Notes: generated by a model not told the origin, from the letters alone. Positions 46,467-59,983 are shown, counted from the first letter of the stretch. The stretch is DNA of 64,000 nt from Candidatus Multivoradales bacterium (GCA_965212505.1 OZ243123.1:38141-102140), one strand, 5' to 3'. Numbers and translations are program-made.

Positions 46467-49442
46467 ATGAACAAAGGACATTGGCGCAGGGTATTTGCAC
46501 TCAGCGCGGCTCTCTTGCTGAGCGCAGGAATCGCTGCGGCGCAGGAGAGTTCAGGAAACGTGTACGTCGTCGTGACGGACACCGAGGGCGCCGCACTGCC
46601 GGGCGTCTCCGTCGAGCTGAGCGGCTATGGTGCCGATCAGATTCAGGTCACGGGCTCGAAGGGTGATGCCCGCTTCCTGAAGTTGGATCCGGGTTCCTGG
46701 CAGCTCAAGGCCAGCCTGGACGGTTTCTCGACGGTCGAGTACCCGGCCGTTGACGTGCGCATCGCGCGCAGCACCACCATCGAAGTCGAGATGAGCTCGG
46801 CGGTCGAGGAGGTCATCACGGTGACGTCCGAGAGCCCGCTCCTCGACGAGCGGCGCTCTTCCGCGGGCGCCACCATCAGCCAGATCGAGCTCGAGAAGAT
46901 CCCGACCGCACGTGATCCGTGGTCGGTGCTCTCGCAGACCCCGGGTGTGGTCGTCGACCGCATCAACGTGGGTGGCAACGAGTCCGGTCAGCAGTCGACC
47001 TTCCGTGGTCCCGGCTCGTCGGACGACGAGAACGCATTCCTCGTGGATGGCGTCGAGATCACCGACATGACGTCGATCGGCGCCTCGTCGACCTACTACG
47101 ACTTCGACCAGTTCTCCGAGATGCAGTTCTCGACCGGCGGCACCGACACGAGCAAGTCGACCGGCGGCGTGTCGGTCAACCTGGTGACCAAGCGCGGTAC
47201 GAACGAGTTCCGCGGCTCGGCCCGTTTCCTGGTGACCGACTCCAACGGCCTGGCGTTCGCCAAGCAGTCCGGTGCGGACATCCCGACGAGCGAGCTCGGC
47301 CCTGGTCAGAGTGGCTTCATCGGTAACGGCATCAACAAGATCGAAGAGTGGGGCTTTGAGGCCGGTGGTCCGGTCATCCGGGACCGCCTTTGGTTCTGGG
47401 GCTCGCACGGTCAGAACGACATCAAAAACCTGACCGGCGGAGCCGACGCGTCCGACATCCAGTCCGACGACACGATTCTCACGAACACCGCCTTCAAGGT
47501 GAACGCACAGATTTCCGGCTCGAACTCGTTCACGGGTTCGTGGAACAACGGCGACAAGGAGAAGTTTGGCCGCAACGCCGGGCCGACCCGTCCGCAGCCG
47601 ACCACCTGGGACCAGCGTGGTCCTTCGGCGATCATCAAGTTCGAGGACACGCACATCGTCAACTCGAACTTCTTCCTCACCGGCGGCTACTCCAAGGTCG
47701 ACGGCGGCTTCTCGCTCACCGGTAAGTCCACCGCGGCTCTCGGCGCGAACACGCCGATGTCCTACCGCGACGACAACGGCGTCTGGCAGAACTCCTTCTG
47801 GAGTGGCAGCTCGGCCCGTCCGTCCGAGGAGTTCAAGGCTGACGGCTCGTACTTCTTCAACACCGGTGACGTGAGTCATGAGCTCAAGTTCGGCGCTCGC
47901 ATGCGCGAGTTCGAGAGCGTGAGCGCCTTCACCTGGCCGAACGACAACGCCTGGGGCATCGGCTCGCCGGGTCTCTCCGGCTCGCTTCTCTTCTCCCAGC
48001 GCGGCGTCGAGGCTCCGGTCACGCAGGAGTACACCTCGGCTTGGGTGCAGGACACCATCTCGGCCGGCAACCTGACGATCAACGCGGGTTTCCGCTGGGA
48101 CGTCCAGGACGGCTCGAACGATCCGGTCACCGCCGATGCCAATCCGTGGTTCTCGAGCACACAGCCGTCGCTCGCGTTCAACGGTGCGGACGCGCCGTTC
48201 GACTGGAGCACCATCTCGCCGCGTGTCGGCCTGACCTACGCTCTGGGTGAAGAGCGCAAGACTCTCCTCCGGGCGAGCTACTCGCGCTTCCCCGAGCAAC
48301 TGCAGACGGGCGACATCTCTCGCCTGAACCCGGCCGGTCCGTCGTACATCACCGCACTCTGGTACGACACCGACGGTAGCGGCGACTTCAACGGCTCCAC
48401 CCTGGCCGGCAACGGTCCGGATGAGATCATCATTCTCGGTACCTCCGGCTTCTCGCTGTCCGATCCGACGGCGCTCGTGAGTCCGAACGTCACCGACTCG
48501 GGCCTCGATCCTGAGATGACGGACGAGATTCTCCTCGGTGTCGAGCACGCGCTCCTGCCTGAGTTCGTCATCGGCGCCCAGTTCACCTGGCGTCAGATCT
48601 CCGACGTCAAGGACACGGTCGCGTTCGTGACCCCGGATGGTGGCGTCACCCAGCGTCTGGTGCAGAGGTCCGACTACATTACGGACGGCGGGCCGCGTAC
48701 CGGTACGCTTCCGAGCGGTCAGGGCTACAGCGTCCAGCCGTGGACTCTCGATCCTTCGCTCAGCTACGTCGGTGGCTCGCTGCTTCGCAACGGCGACCGC
48801 GAGCGTGAGTACCAGGGTCTCAACCTCAACTTCACCAAGCGTCTGTCCAACCAGTGGATGCTGCGTGGCTACTTCCAGTTCGGCGAAGCCGAGTGGGACG
48901 TGCCGGCGAGCTTCCTGGCCAACCAGAGCCCGAACCAGTGTGAGGACGCTGCTACGTTCGGTTGCTTCGGTACCAGCATCGATGGGGGCGTCTACGCCGT
49001 CCAGGCGGCCGGCTCCGGCGCCAAGGCGGACGTTTGGATTCAGAGCGGTTGGCAGTACAACGTCAACGGCATGTACCAGGTTGCTCCGGATCGTCCGTGG
49101 GGCTTCAACGTCGCGGCCAACATTTTTGGTCGTGAGGGGTACCCGCTGCCCTACTTCCTCGACATCACCACGTCGGACGGCCAGGCCCGCGATCTGTTGG
49201 CGGTCAACGAGCTCGACGACGTCCGTGCCGAGGACATTCTCACCGTCGACCTTCGCCTCGATAAAGAATTCGCGGCGAGCGGTAACGTCAGCTTCACGGT
49301 TGGCGCCGACGTCTTCAACCTGCTCAACGAGAACTACACCATGCAGCGTGAGCGCGGCCTCAGCCGCGGCTCGGCGGACTTCCTTCGGGAAACGCTCAGC
49401 CCGCGGATCTGGCGTCTCAGCGCCCGCGTCAACTGGAAGTAG
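46467..49442 (+). CDS. TonB-dependent receptor, paralog 2
   Basis: Same architecture as paralog 1, collinear and highly similar; SD AAGGAG. Confidence 0.92.
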   Translation: MNKGHWRRVFALSAALLLSAGIAAAQESSGNVYVVVTDTEGAALPGVSVELSGYGADQIQVTGSKGDARFLKLDPGSWQLKASLDGFSTVEYPAVDVRIARSTTIEVEMSSAVEEVITVTSESPLLDERRSSAGATISQIELEKIPTARDPWSVLSQTPGVVVDRINVGGNESGQQSTFRGPGSSDDENAFLVDGVEITDMTSIGASSTYYDFDQFSEMQFSTGGTDTSKSTGGVSVNLVTKRGTNEFRGSARFLVTDSNGLAFAKQSGADIPTSELGPGQSGFIGNGINKIEEWGFEAGGPVIRDRLWFWGSHGQNDIKNLTGGADASDIQSDDTILTNTAFKVNAQISGSNSFTGSWNNGDKEKFGRNAGPTRPQPTTWDQRGPSAIIKFEDTHIVNSNFFLTGGYSKVDGGFSLTGKSTAALGANTPMSYRDDNGVWQNSFWSGSSARPSEEFKADGSYFFNTGDVSHELKFGARMREFESVSAFTWPNDNAWGIGSPGLSGSLLFSQRGVEAPVTQEYTSAWVQDTISAGNLTINAGFRWDVQDGSNDPVTADANPWFSSTQPSLAFNGADAPFDWSTISPRVGLTYALGEERKTLLRASYSRFPEQLQTGDISRLNPAGPSYITALWYDTDGSGDFNGSTLAGNGPDEIIILGTSGFSLSDPTALVSPNVTDSGLDPEMTDEILLGVEHALLPEFVIGAQFTWRQISDVKDTVAFVTPDGGVTQRLVQRSDYITDGGPRTGTLPSGQGYSVQPWTLDPSLSYVGGSLLRNGDREREYQGLNLNFTKRLSNQWMLRGYFQFGEAEWDVPASFLANQSPNQCEDAATFGCFGTSIDGGVYAVQAAGSGAKADVWIQSGWQYNVNGMYQVAPDRPWGFNVAANIFGREGYPLPYFLDITTSDGQARDLLAVNELDDVRAEDILTVDLRLDKEFAASGNVSFTVGADVFNLLNENYTMQRERGLSRGSADFLRETLSPRIWRLSARVNWK

Positions 49443-49469
49443 TCCTTACTTCAGTAGGACGCAGTTCCG

Positions 49470-49501
49470 AACCGGGGGCCCTTTGGGGCTCCCGGTTTTT
49501 T
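49470..49501 (+). terminator. Intrinsic terminator after receptor 2, near-identical to that of receptor 1
   Basis: AACCGGGGGCCC-TTTG-GGGCTCCCGGTT followed by a T-run. Confidence 0.85.
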
Positions 49502-49687
49502 GTCGGCCGCCCGGCGCTGCGCGAGAACGCCTCACTCTTGTCCGCATACCCGAAGGGAGCGCGCCCGACCCGGTGCGCTAGGTCTGGCGGCGTAGCCTTG
49601 TCTGCTCGATCTGCTCCGAGCACGTCGCGCGGCTGGCGGAGGCCTGGCTTGGAACCACGAGCCCCACGGATGCGAGCCGGGTGATCC

Positions 49688-50881
49688 TCAGTCGTCTTGA
49701 AGCAGGGTCTCGAGCAGCGACACCGCTTCGCCGCGCCGGGCCAGAGAGGCGGCCTTGCCCTGGAACTGACCCTTCGAGCCGCCGCCTCGGCCTTCGAGAA
49801 GCTCGGCGACCCGGCCGCCCGTGGCCGCCAGGTCGAGCTCTGTCTGGTTGCCGGTCACAATGCAGAAGAAGTGACCCTTGTCGTTGCTGGAGGTCACCAG
49901 CGCTACCTTCTCGGGTGCTTGAGCGATGACCTCGCGAGCCATGTGTTGGAGGAAGCCGCCATCCACGCCGTCGACGTGTACTTCCGCCAGCCTTCCAGGA
50001 GCCAGTGCGAGCGATGTGGCGCGGGCGGTGGCCAGCTCTTGATGAGCCTGTTTGAGCTCGCGGGTGACGCCGCGGAGACTCTCGAGCTTGGCGGCGAGTG
50101 CTCCGGCAAGCTCATCACCGGAAGTCTCGAGGAGGCTGCGCAGCTCTCGGTTGCGGACCTCCAAGGTCTCCAGCCGTTTACGGACGCGGCCGCCGGCGAC
50201 CCAGTGGAGCCGGGTACCACCGCGCATCGGCTCGGTGTCCCCGAGTTGGATGGTCTCGATCTCGGCGGTCGAGCGCAGGTGAGTCCCGCCGCAGGTCGTC
50301 AGGTCGACGCCCTCGATCTCAACCAACCGGACTTCGCCCTCGAAGTCGGCCGGGAGTCCTCGAGATCGAATGTCGAGCTCGTTGTACTCGCTCGACGTTA
50401 GCCAACGAGCGGAGGTCGGGCGGGCGGCGCGAATCTCTTCGATCACACGCTCTTCGAGTCGAGCGATTGCGCTCGGCTCGAGCTCGGTAGCGTTCAGCTC
50501 GACGTCGGAACGGGCGGTGCCGAGATGGAACGACGTGGTCTCCCAGCCGAACTCCGTCGCGGCGATTGCACTCAGCAGGTGCTGGGCGGTGTGCTGCTGC
50601 ATGTGGTCGTAGCGGCGCTGCCAGTCGAGTTCGACGGTGGCCCGCCCGGCGTCGACGGCTGAGGTGAGGAAGTGGAAGGCGGCGCCGTCGATCTTTTGTA
50701 CGTCGACGACATCCACGCCCGCGAGCCGCCCACGGTCCGCCGGCTGCCCACCGCCTTCGGGGTAGAGCACGGAATCGGCAAGGACTGCGTAGGGTCGACC
50801 CTCGAGCTCCCCGACGTTCTCGACGGTCGTCGACACCTGCCGGAGGTAGGCGTCCACCTGGTAAGAGAGCCGCTCGCTCAT
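49688..50881 (-). CDS. Alanyl-tRNA editing protein (AlaX-L type, with DHHA1 domain)
   Basis: LYPEGGGQPADRG, QHTAQH, CGGTH zinc ligands, GRGGG; start MSERLSY. Confidence 0.88.
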   Translation of the reverse strand: MSERLSYQVDAYLRQVSTTVENVGELEGRPYAVLADSVLYPEGGGQPADRGRLAGVDVVDVQKIDGAAFHFLTSAVDAGRATVELDWQRRYDHMQQHTAQHLLSAIAATEFGWETTSFHLGTARSDVELNATELEPSAIARLEERVIEEIRAARPTSARWLTSSEYNELDIRSRGLPADFEGEVRLVEIEGVDLTTCGGTHLRSTAEIETIQLGDTEPMRGGTRLHWVAGGRVRKRLETLEVRNRELRSLLETSGDELAGALAAKLESLRGVTRELKQAHQELATARATSLALAPGRLAEVHVDGVDGGFLQHMAREVIAQAPEKVALVTSSNDKGHFFCIVTGNQTELDLAATGGRVAELLEGRGGGSKGQFQGKAASLARRGEAVSLLETLLQDD

Positions 50882-50905
50882 GATCGGCGGATTGTGCCAT
50901 GCGCC

Positions 50906-50938
50906 AAGAAAAAGCGAGCCCGCCTCCCGGCGGGCTCG
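50906..50938 (-). terminator. Intrinsic terminator after the DUF4397-like gene
   Basis: CGAGCCCGCC-TCCC-GGCGGGCTCG stem with CTTTTTCTT on the minus strand. Confidence 0.8.
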
Positions 50939-50979
50939 TACCACGGGCTCTCGCCCGTGCAGGTGAGTCGGAGGGTCCT

Positions 50980-51693
50980 CTAGGGCGTTTCTGTGCGGAG
51001 GCGCTGCACCAGGAAGGTGAGGCTTCCAGTGCTCAAGCTGCCAACGGCGTAGACGTTGACCAGGGCACGGTCCTGGACGGCGACGCGGGCCGGGCCGAGA
51101 ACGACCGGCGTGTCGTTGGCGGGCCGCAGGGCTGCGAACCACTGCCCGGCCGGAATGTCGCCCACGCCCTGGTCGCCGTTGACGACGTCGCCGAAGACCT
51201 CGAACGGAGCGTCGCTGCTGCCGCGGGGCTTGGCGTAGACGTCCACGGCCGGTGCGGCCGCGGCGTGGTGGGCGGAGATGCGGCCCTCGCCGTCGGCGCT
51301 CGGACCGACGTTGTTACCAAACTTCGAGGCGGTCGGGGCGCCGTTGCCGTCGAGGTGCGCCAGGAGGGTGACGTTCTCCTTCATGTTGATCGGGACGCTG
51401 GCCGTGATCGCCAGGGCGCCGCCACAGGCGCCGTCTGAAATGCGGACCTCGATGTCGTAGGTGTTGGGCGGCAGGGTGAGCGGGCCAGCGAACTCGCCGA
51501 AGCGGAAGTCGGTGAGGATGCAGCCGACGTCCACAACTGCGATGTCGACGGGTAGGTCGTCGTCCAAGTTGAGGTCGCCGCCGAAGATGCCGTGGCCGAC
51601 GTAGACGGTGGCGTCCATCTCGCCCGCGAACACCGCCGGGACGAGGGTCATGAGCAGAGCAGTGGTCAGGGCGATCAGAGCAGAGGTTTTCAT
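50980..51693 (-). CDS. Secreted DUF4397-like protein
   Basis: Signal peptide AVFA; VYVGHGI..VDI, HHAAAAPAVDV, VYAVGSL; start MKTSAL. Confidence 0.7.
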   Translation of the reverse strand: MKTSALIALTTALLMTLVPAVFAGEMDATVYVGHGIFGGDLNLDDDLPVDIAVVDVGCILTDFRFGEFAGPLTLPPNTYDIEVRISDGACGGALAITASVPINMKENVTLLAHLDGNGAPTASKFGNNVGPSADGEGRISAHHAAAAPAVDVYAKPRGSSDAPFEVFGDVVNGDQGVGDIPAGQWFAALRPANDTPVVLGPARVAVQDRALVNVYAVGSLSTGSLTFLVQRLRTETP

Positions 51694-51913
51694 TCCGAGT
51701 CTCCTGTAGGCGGCCCGGCGCGTTGGCGGCCAGGCATATTGGTGTTGACGGGTAGGGTTTCGCCCCCAGTCCGCGACCGGTTGCGGAGATCGACGTGACA
51801 GCCCGGTTTTCGCGCGAAGTGACAGGTTTGAATTTCGACCCCTGAACGGGAAGAGCTGGCAGAGGTTTTGCTGTTGTTTTGGATGGAGGGGGTGAAACCC
51901 CACGGAGTGTCAG

Positions 51914-52654
51914 ATGTTCGATAACAGCCCTACTTTCAGCAAATACAGCGGAGGCCCGAGCCGTGTCCTGTCTGTTCATCTGGGCCACGTGCCGTACGTG
52001 GAGCCGGAGAACGAGGACGATCGCAAGCCGATGAAGTGGGCGGTCGCGCTCGCGGTCGCCGCTCACCTGCTGTTCTTCGTCCTACAGATTCCCGAGTGGC
52101 GCGAGGCGCCCACGCACATCGGCCAGCAAAAGCAGGTCTATGTGGTGAAGCCGGTCCGGTTTCAGCCGCCACCGCCGAGGGCGGAGCAGCAGATTCCTCA
52201 ACGGACGGAGAAGAAGCGCATCATCCCGATTCCGGATCCGACGCCGGAAGAGCCGGAGCCGATCCGGGTGGCAGAGATCGAGTCGCCTGCGGTCGACATC
52301 GTCGGCGACCGAGACGTGATCTTCGGCATCCCCGATGGGCCGCCAAGCGATGGACGCGTGTCCGGGGCCATACGGATGAGCGGTTCGGTGACGCCCCCGG
52401 AGAAGGTCTTCGGGCCGCGGCCCCTCTACACCGAAGAAGGCCGCCAGAGCCGCACGCAGGGCGTGGTCATTCTCGAGGCGATCGTCGATACGTTGGGCAA
52501 CGTAGACAGCGTCAAGGTACTCAAGGGGCTACCGAACGGCCTGAGTGAGTCGGCCGTCGAGACCGCCCGCTCCTGGAGGTACAAGCCGGCGCTCCTCGAC
52601 GGCAAGCCGGTAGCGGTCTTCCTGAATCTGACGATTCGCTTCTCGCTGCAGTAG
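51914..52654 (+). CDS. Energy transducer TonB
   Basis: TM with conserved His (AAHL), Pro-rich linker, YTEEGRQSRTQGVVIL..WRYKPA..GKPV. Start uncertain. Confidence 0.88.
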   Translation: MFDNSPTFSKYSGGPSRVLSVHLGHVPYVEPENEDDRKPMKWAVALAVAAHLLFFVLQIPEWREAPTHIGQQKQVYVVKPVRFQPPPPRAEQQIPQRTEKKRIIPIPDPTPEEPEPIRVAEIESPAVDIVGDRDVIFGIPDGPPSDGRVSGAIRMSGSVTPPEKVFGPRPLYTEEGRQSRTQGVVILEAIVDTLGNVDSVKVLKGLPNGLSESAVETARSWRYKPALLDGKPVAVFLNLTIRFSLQ

Positions 52655-52668
52655 CCGGCGTCGCTCGG

Positions 52669-54366
52669 CTAGCCCGCCTTCTGCTTCTTTTCGATCTTCG
52701 CCCAGCTGTCGCGTAGCGACACGACGCGGTTGAAGACCGGTCTCTCGGACGTCGAGTCTTTCGAGTCGACGCTGAAGTAGCCGACGCGCTCGAACTGGTA
52801 AGTCGAGCCAGGCTCTGCGTCGGCCAGGCTGGGCTCGACCCGGCAGCCGGTCAGAACCTCGATCGAGTCGGGGTTCAGGTTCGACTTGAAGTCCTCGCCG
52901 TCGCCGACGGCGCTCGGGTCTTCGGCGGAGAAGAGGTGGTCGTAGAGTCGCACCTCCGCGTCGAGCGAGTGTTCGGCCGAGACCCAATGGATCGTGCCGC
53001 GCACGCGGCGACCGTCGGGCGCCGAGCCGCCGCGCGTCTCGGGGTCGTAGGTGCATCGCAGCTCGACCACCTCGCCCGACTCGTCTTTGACGTAGTCGAC
53101 GCAGGTGATGAAGTAGCCGTAGCGCAGCCGGACCTCGCGCCCGGGCGCGAGTCGGAAGTACTTCTTCGGCGCCTCCTCGCGGAAGTCGTTCCTGTCGACG
53201 TAGAGCACCTTCGAGAAGGGGACCGTTCGGCTGCCGGCCTCGGGGTCCTCGGGGTTGTTGATCGCGTCGAGTTCGTCGACGTGATCGTCGGGGTAGTTCT
53301 CGATCACCACCCGCAACGGGTTCAGTACGCCCATGACTCGCGGTGCGATCTTGTTCAGGTCCTCGCGTACGAAGTGCTCGAGATTGCGGATGTCGACCAT
53401 GCTGTTGGCCTTCGCCACACCGATGGCGTCGCAGAAGCGACGAATTGCGCGCGCCGTGTAGCCGCGTCGCCGCATCCCCGAGAGCGTCGGCATGCGCGGG
53501 TCGTCCCAGCCGGAGACCAAGCCGTCGTTCACCAACTGCAGCAGCTTGCGCTTGCTGAGCAGAGTGTGGGTGACGTTGAGGCGCGCGAACTCGATCTGGC
53601 GCGGCGGATAGATGCCGATCTCTCCAACCAGCCACTCATAGAGCGGCCGATGGTCTTCGAATTCGAGCGTGCACAGCGAGTGGGTGATGCCTTCGATCGA
53701 GTCCGACTGGCCGTGCGCCATGTCGTACATCGGGTAGATACACCAGGCGTCGCCGGTCCGGTGGTGATGCGCGCGCAGAATCCGGTAGAGCACCGGGTCG
53801 CGCATGTTGAGATTCCCGGACGTCATGTCGATCTTCGCGCGCAGTACACGGGAGCCGTCCTCGAACTCGCCTGCTCGCATGCGCCGGAAGAGGTCGAGGT
53901 TCCCCTCGGCAGTGCGCTCACGGTAGGGACTCTCGCGACCCGGCTCGGTCAGCGTGCCGCGGTGCTCGCGAATCTCGTCGGCGGAAAGGTCGTCGACATA
54001 CGCCTTGCCCTTCTGGATGAGCCGCTCAGCGTACTCATAGAGCTGCTCGAAGTAGTCCGAGGCGTAGTACTCCCGATCGCCCCAGTCGAAGCCGAGCCAG
54101 CGCACGTCGTGCCGGATCGACTCGACGTACTCCTGCTCTTCCTTGCTCGGGTTGGTGTCGTCGAAGCGAAGATTGCAGAGACCCCCGAAGCCCTCCGCCA
54201 TGCCGAAATTGAGGCAGATCGACTTTGCGTGTCCGATGTGCAGATAGCCGTTCGGCTCGGGCGGGAAACGTGTGTGAACGCGCTCGTGTTTCCCGGACTC
54301 GAGATCGCTCTCGACGATCTGCTCGATGAAGTGCTTGGGTGAGGTGCTTTCGTTGGATTCGGTCAT
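52669..54366 (-). CDS. glnS: Glutamine--tRNA ligase
   Basis: [51 protein letters not shown]. Confidence 0.97.
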   Translation of the reverse strand: MTESNESTSPKHFIEQIVESDLESGKHERVHTRFPPEPNGYLHIGHAKSICLNFGMAEGFGGLCNLRFDDTNPSKEEQEYVESIRHDVRWLGFDWGDREYYASDYFEQLYEYAERLIQKGKAYVDDLSADEIREHRGTLTEPGRESPYRERTAEGNLDLFRRMRAGEFEDGSRVLRAKIDMTSGNLNMRDPVLYRILRAHHHRTGDAWCIYPMYDMAHGQSDSIEGITHSLCTLEFEDHRPLYEWLVGEIGIYPPRQIEFARLNVTHTLLSKRKLLQLVNDGLVSGWDDPRMPTLSGMRRRGYTARAIRRFCDAIGVAKANSMVDIRNLEHFVREDLNKIAPRVMGVLNPLRVVIENYPDDHVDELDAINNPEDPEAGSRTVPFSKVLYVDRNDFREEAPKKYFRLAPGREVRLRYGYFITCVDYVKDESGEVVELRCTYDPETRGGSAPDGRRVRGTIHWVSAEHSLDAEVRLYDHLFSAEDPSAVGDGEDFKSNLNPDSIEVLTGCRVEPSLADAEPGSTYQFERVGYFSVDSKDSTSERPVFNRVVSLRDSWAKIEKKQKAG

Positions 54367-54442
54367 GAGGTCTGCCGTGTTCGTATTGTAGGGGCGCTCG
54401 GAGCCCGGTGCTACAGTCGTCGTCACTTCTCTAAGAGCGAGT

Positions 54443-56218
54443 ATGGCGAAGCTCGGTTCTAGTCACGGCGCAGGGAGTTCTCCCTGGCTACTTGGTGCCG
54501 CCCTCATGGCTGTGATGGCGGAGGGCGCTGTGCATCGGCCGCAGGAGACCCCGGAGGAGTACCAGGAAGCCGTCGAGGAGGCCTCCCGCCTCGGCGGCAC
54601 GCTCTTCCAGAAGTATCGCTACCTGCGGCTCGGGCAGAAGATTCTCGAGGCCGAGTACCCGGACGCGATGGGAGTCGAGAACACGGTTCTCGCGGCGGCG
54701 GACGGCGACGTTCTTGTTCGCTTCATCGGCTGGAGAGACTTGCGACCTCGAGTGCTCTACGAAGTTCGGTTCGACGACGAGGATCGGGGCGAGGTCAGCC
54801 GCCTCGACCCACCCGCAAAACCGACACTCTTGGACGCGATGGCGTTCTTCTCGAAGCGGGCGGCACTCGAGGCGTCGCCGATCGAATGCGCCGACGAATA
54901 CGTAGCGGTCCTTGGCCGTTCTGAAGGTATTGACTCGCCGAGGGACGTCTACCTCGTGCCCGTCACCTCGAAGGAGGGAGAGATCGCAATCGGTGGGTTC
55001 GGACGAGTCACGATGGGGTCCGACGGTCAGACGGTGCTCGCAGCGGAGGCGCTCTCGAAGAGCTGTCTGACGATGTCGAAGCCGGACGAAACGGGGGGCG
55101 AGCCGTTCCTGGTCGCGAGCCACATTCTGTCGAGCACGCCCTTGGCGACACATGTCTTCGTGAGCTTGCTGCATCAACAGACCCTGGTCTTGGCGACCGA
55201 TGCCGGGAACTGGGGTATTGCCGCAACTCAGATCGTCTACCTGGGTCCGCCGACCGACGAAGAGTGTTGCGACGAGGTGCTCGCCGAGGCGGGCGGACCG
55301 CCAACCCCGGCCGCGATTCCGGAAGACTGGAGTCACGCGAGCGAGGCGTCCTCTGAGCCGGCGCCTTGGCGCGAGCGTTTGGTCGTGTGGAGGCCGACGG
55401 ACGCTCCGTCGCCCTGGCTGGAGGACGACCGGCTACGCGACCAGTCTCCCCCGGAGTACCCGTCCGACTTCCCGGTGGTCTTCGCCCCCGATCGGGACGG
55501 TAGTTCTTTCGAGATGATGTGGGTGCGCGTCTTCGCGCACGATTCGGGTGGCGACCGCTACTTGGGCCACCTGTTGAACCCGCCGCACTTTCTCCAGAGC
55601 GTCGCTCAGGGGGACCGTATTGTCTTTGGCTACGACGAGACGCTGGAGCTCGGACTCGCACGGCACGACGACTGGGACTACGAAGTGCTGACGGTGCCGC
55701 CCGCCGCTCTCGGTGGCGACCTGGAAGAGCTCTACCAGGGGATCGTGCACTTCCGAAAGGGAGAGAGCGGGCACGTTCAAGAGGAGATTCGTGCCTGCGT
55801 CAACACGTTGACGGGTGTGGTGGCTCGGGAGCAGCCAGCGCTCGATCGCGAGCATCGCTATCTCGCTCACTACATCCTCGGCCGCTGCCTGGCCGAGGCC
55901 TATGAGACGGATCGAGCAATCGAGCAGTTCGAGAGAGCGATCGAGCTCGAACCGCATGCTCTCGACCCGCAGATGGCGCTCCTAGCGGAGCTCTGCGTCA
56001 AGGTCTACAAGAAGCCCGAATCGGAACGACTCGAAAAGCGCTACCTGGATCAGCTCGAGCTGGTTCGGGAGCGCTACGGTGAGAACGAACGAGTGGCTCT
56101 GATCCTTCAGATGCTCTTCGATCCAAAAAACTCTGGAGACATTAGCCATCTCTCCGAACGCGAGGTCGCCCGTCGAAGGCGGGTGGGCTTCGGCGTATTC
56201 CGTTGGAAGATGCCCTAG
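54443..56218 (+). CDS. Multidomain hypothetical protein (uncharacterised N-domain, DUF2314-like, TPR)
   Basis: [23 protein letters not shown]; EMMWVRV..GHLLNPP; [11 protein letters not shown]. Confidence 0.6.
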   Translation: MAKLGSSHGAGSSPWLLGAALMAVMAEGAVHRPQETPEEYQEAVEEASRLGGTLFQKYRYLRLGQKILEAEYPDAMGVENTVLAAADGDVLVRFIGWRDLRPRVLYEVRFDDEDRGEVSRLDPPAKPTLLDAMAFFSKRAALEASPIECADEYVAVLGRSEGIDSPRDVYLVPVTSKEGEIAIGGFGRVTMGSDGQTVLAAEALSKSCLTMSKPDETGGEPFLVASHILSSTPLATHVFVSLLHQQTLVLATDAGNWGIAATQIVYLGPPTDEECCDEVLAEAGGPPTPAAIPEDWSHASEASSEPAPWRERLVVWRPTDAPSPWLEDDRLRDQSPPEYPSDFPVVFAPDRDGSSFEMMWVRVFAHDSGGDRYLGHLLNPPHFLQSVAQGDRIVFGYDETLELGLARHDDWDYEVLTVPPAALGGDLEELYQGIVHFRKGESGHVQEEIRACVNTLTGVVAREQPALDREHRYLAHYILGRCLAEAYETDRAIEQFERAIELEPHALDPQMALLAELCVKVYKKPESERLEKRYLDQLELVRERYGENERVALILQMLFDPKNSGDISHLSEREVARRRRVGFGVFRWKMP

Positions 56219-57768
56219 CCGGACAGTTCCGCGAGCGCCCGGTCGATGCGTGACACTACCCGCTCGCGTCCGAGGATTTCGAGGGTTTCGAACATGCCGA
56301 ACCCGACGCCCTTACCGGTAGCGGCGACACGCACGGCATGGATGATGTCGCCGAGCTTGATCCCTTCGTCCTCGACAAAGGTACGCATCAGCGTCTCGAG
56401 GGCGGTGGCATCGGAAGCCTCAGACGCGGCGAGCCGGTCGCGGAACCGCCCCAGGAGTTCCTGCGCTCGCTCGGGCTTCACCAGACGTTTCTGGACGGCG
56501 CCTTCGTCGTAGACCAGGTCTTCGTCGGGGACGAAGAAGTCGTCGAAGTCGAGAACGTCGCCGGCGACCTTGAGGCGGTCTCCGGCCGCTTCGAGGATGG
56601 CGTCGAGGGCCTCTGGAGCTTCGTCTTCGACCAGTCCGGCCTGGCGCAGGTACGGCAGCACCAGCTGCCGCTTGGTCTCCATCGACTGACGCTGCATGTG
56701 GTCGTCCTGGAACGACACCAGCTTCTGTGGGTCGAAGCTCGCCGGAGCGCTGTTGATGCGCTCGAGCGAGAAGTTTTCGATCATCTCGGCGAGCTCGAAC
56801 AGCTCGGTCTTGTCGTCGAGAGACCAGCCGAGCAGCACGAGGTAGTTGAGCAGAGCGTGCGGCAGGTAGCCGACCTCCCGGTAGAAGTCGACGATCACCG
56901 GGTTGAAGGTGTCGGCCTCGTGCGCCTGGCCGATGCGCTCGGCGATGCGCCTGCCGTGCTCGTGGATCTTCGCGAATTCGGCGTTCTTGAGGTACTTCGC
57001 GAGCTTGCGTTTGGAGAGCTTGGTCTTGGAGCCGGGCTCGGCCACGAACGGCAGGTGTGCGTACTCCGGTAGCTCGTAGCCGAACGACTGCATGATGAAG
57101 ATGTGCCGCGGCGTGTTCGAGAGGTGCTCCTCGGCGCGGATCACGTGGCTGATTGCCATCTCGTGATCGTCGACCGCGCTCGCCAGGTGGTAGAGGCACG
57201 AGCCGTCGGCGCGTTGAATGACGTGGTCTTGTTCCCGAGCCCACTCGAACTCGACGTCACCTCGAATCTTGTCGGTGAACCGACAGCTCCCTTCGCGTGG
57301 CATTTTGAGCCGCACGACGGCCTGGCGACCTTCCGCCTTGTAGCGAGCCGCCTGCTCGTCGTCCGCGGCCATCCAACGCCGGCTGTAGATGAAACGCTCC
57401 TTGTTCGCCTGCGCCGTCTCGCGCTCTTCGGCGAGCTCGTCAGAGCTGGCGTAGTCGCGGTAGGCGTGGCCGCGAGCGAGGAGCTCGTCGACGGCCGCCG
57501 AGTAGATGTCCGCTCGCTGTGACTGGTAGTACGGGCCGTAGTCACCGTCGACGTCGGGTCCCTCGTCCCAGTCGATCCCGAGCCAGCGGAAGCCATCGAG
57601 AATCGGCTCGAGCGCTTCGTCGACGTTGCGCCGTGCGTCGGTATCGTCGATGCGCAGGATGAAGCTGCCGCCGTGGCGCCGAGAGAAGAGCCAGTTGAAG
57701 AGCGCCGTGCGAACACCGCCGATGTGCAGATAGCCGGTGGGGCTGGGAGCGAACCGAGTACGAACCAT
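56215..57768 (-). CDS. gltX: Glutamate--tRNA ligase
   Basis: [50 protein letters not shown]. Confidence 0.96.
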   Translation of the reverse strand: MVRTRFAPSPTGYLHIGGVRTALFNWLFSRRHGGSFILRIDDTDARRNVDEALEPILDGFRWLGIDWDEGPDVDGDYGPYYQSQRADIYSAAVDELLARGHAYRDYASSDELAEERETAQANKERFIYSRRWMAADDEQAARYKAEGRQAVVRLKMPREGSCRFTDKIRGDVEFEWAREQDHVIQRADGSCLYHLASAVDDHEMAISHVIRAEEHLSNTPRHIFIMQSFGYELPEYAHLPFVAEPGSKTKLSKRKLAKYLKNAEFAKIHEHGRRIAERIGQAHEADTFNPVIVDFYREVGYLPHALLNYLVLLGWSLDDKTELFELAEMIENFSLERINSAPASFDPQKLVSFQDDHMQRQSMETKRQLVLPYLRQAGLVEDEAPEALDAILEAAGDRLKVAGDVLDFDDFFVPDEDLVYDEGAVQKRLVKPERAQELLGRFRDRLAASEASDATALETLMRTFVEDEGIKLGDIIHAVRVAATGKGVGFGMFETLEILGRERVVSRIDRALAELSG

Positions 57769-57786
57769 GAGAAGCCTCCGACCGGT

Positions 57787-59787
<2,001 letters not shown>

Positions 59788-59983
59788 GAATTCACACTCT
59801 CCCTGGACGGGATTCAATGGGAAAAACAGACGTCACGCGGATGCCGCGAGCATAGCCCTGAGCGGGTCCTGCGTCCAGTGGACAACCGAGGCGGGAGAGG
59901 CCCGTTTCGGCAGTGTCTTTGGACTGACCGCACGCGGCGTGGGCTCAGGGATTCCTGTCCGTCTAAGCACGTGGAGGCTCAGT

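Noticed and set aside
39461-48548. Long antisense ORFs (39461-41623, 46551-48548; also 29406-31319, 52936-54342, 57673-58644)
   Set aside because: These are shadow frames opposite well-supported genes in high-GC DNA, with no family motifs.
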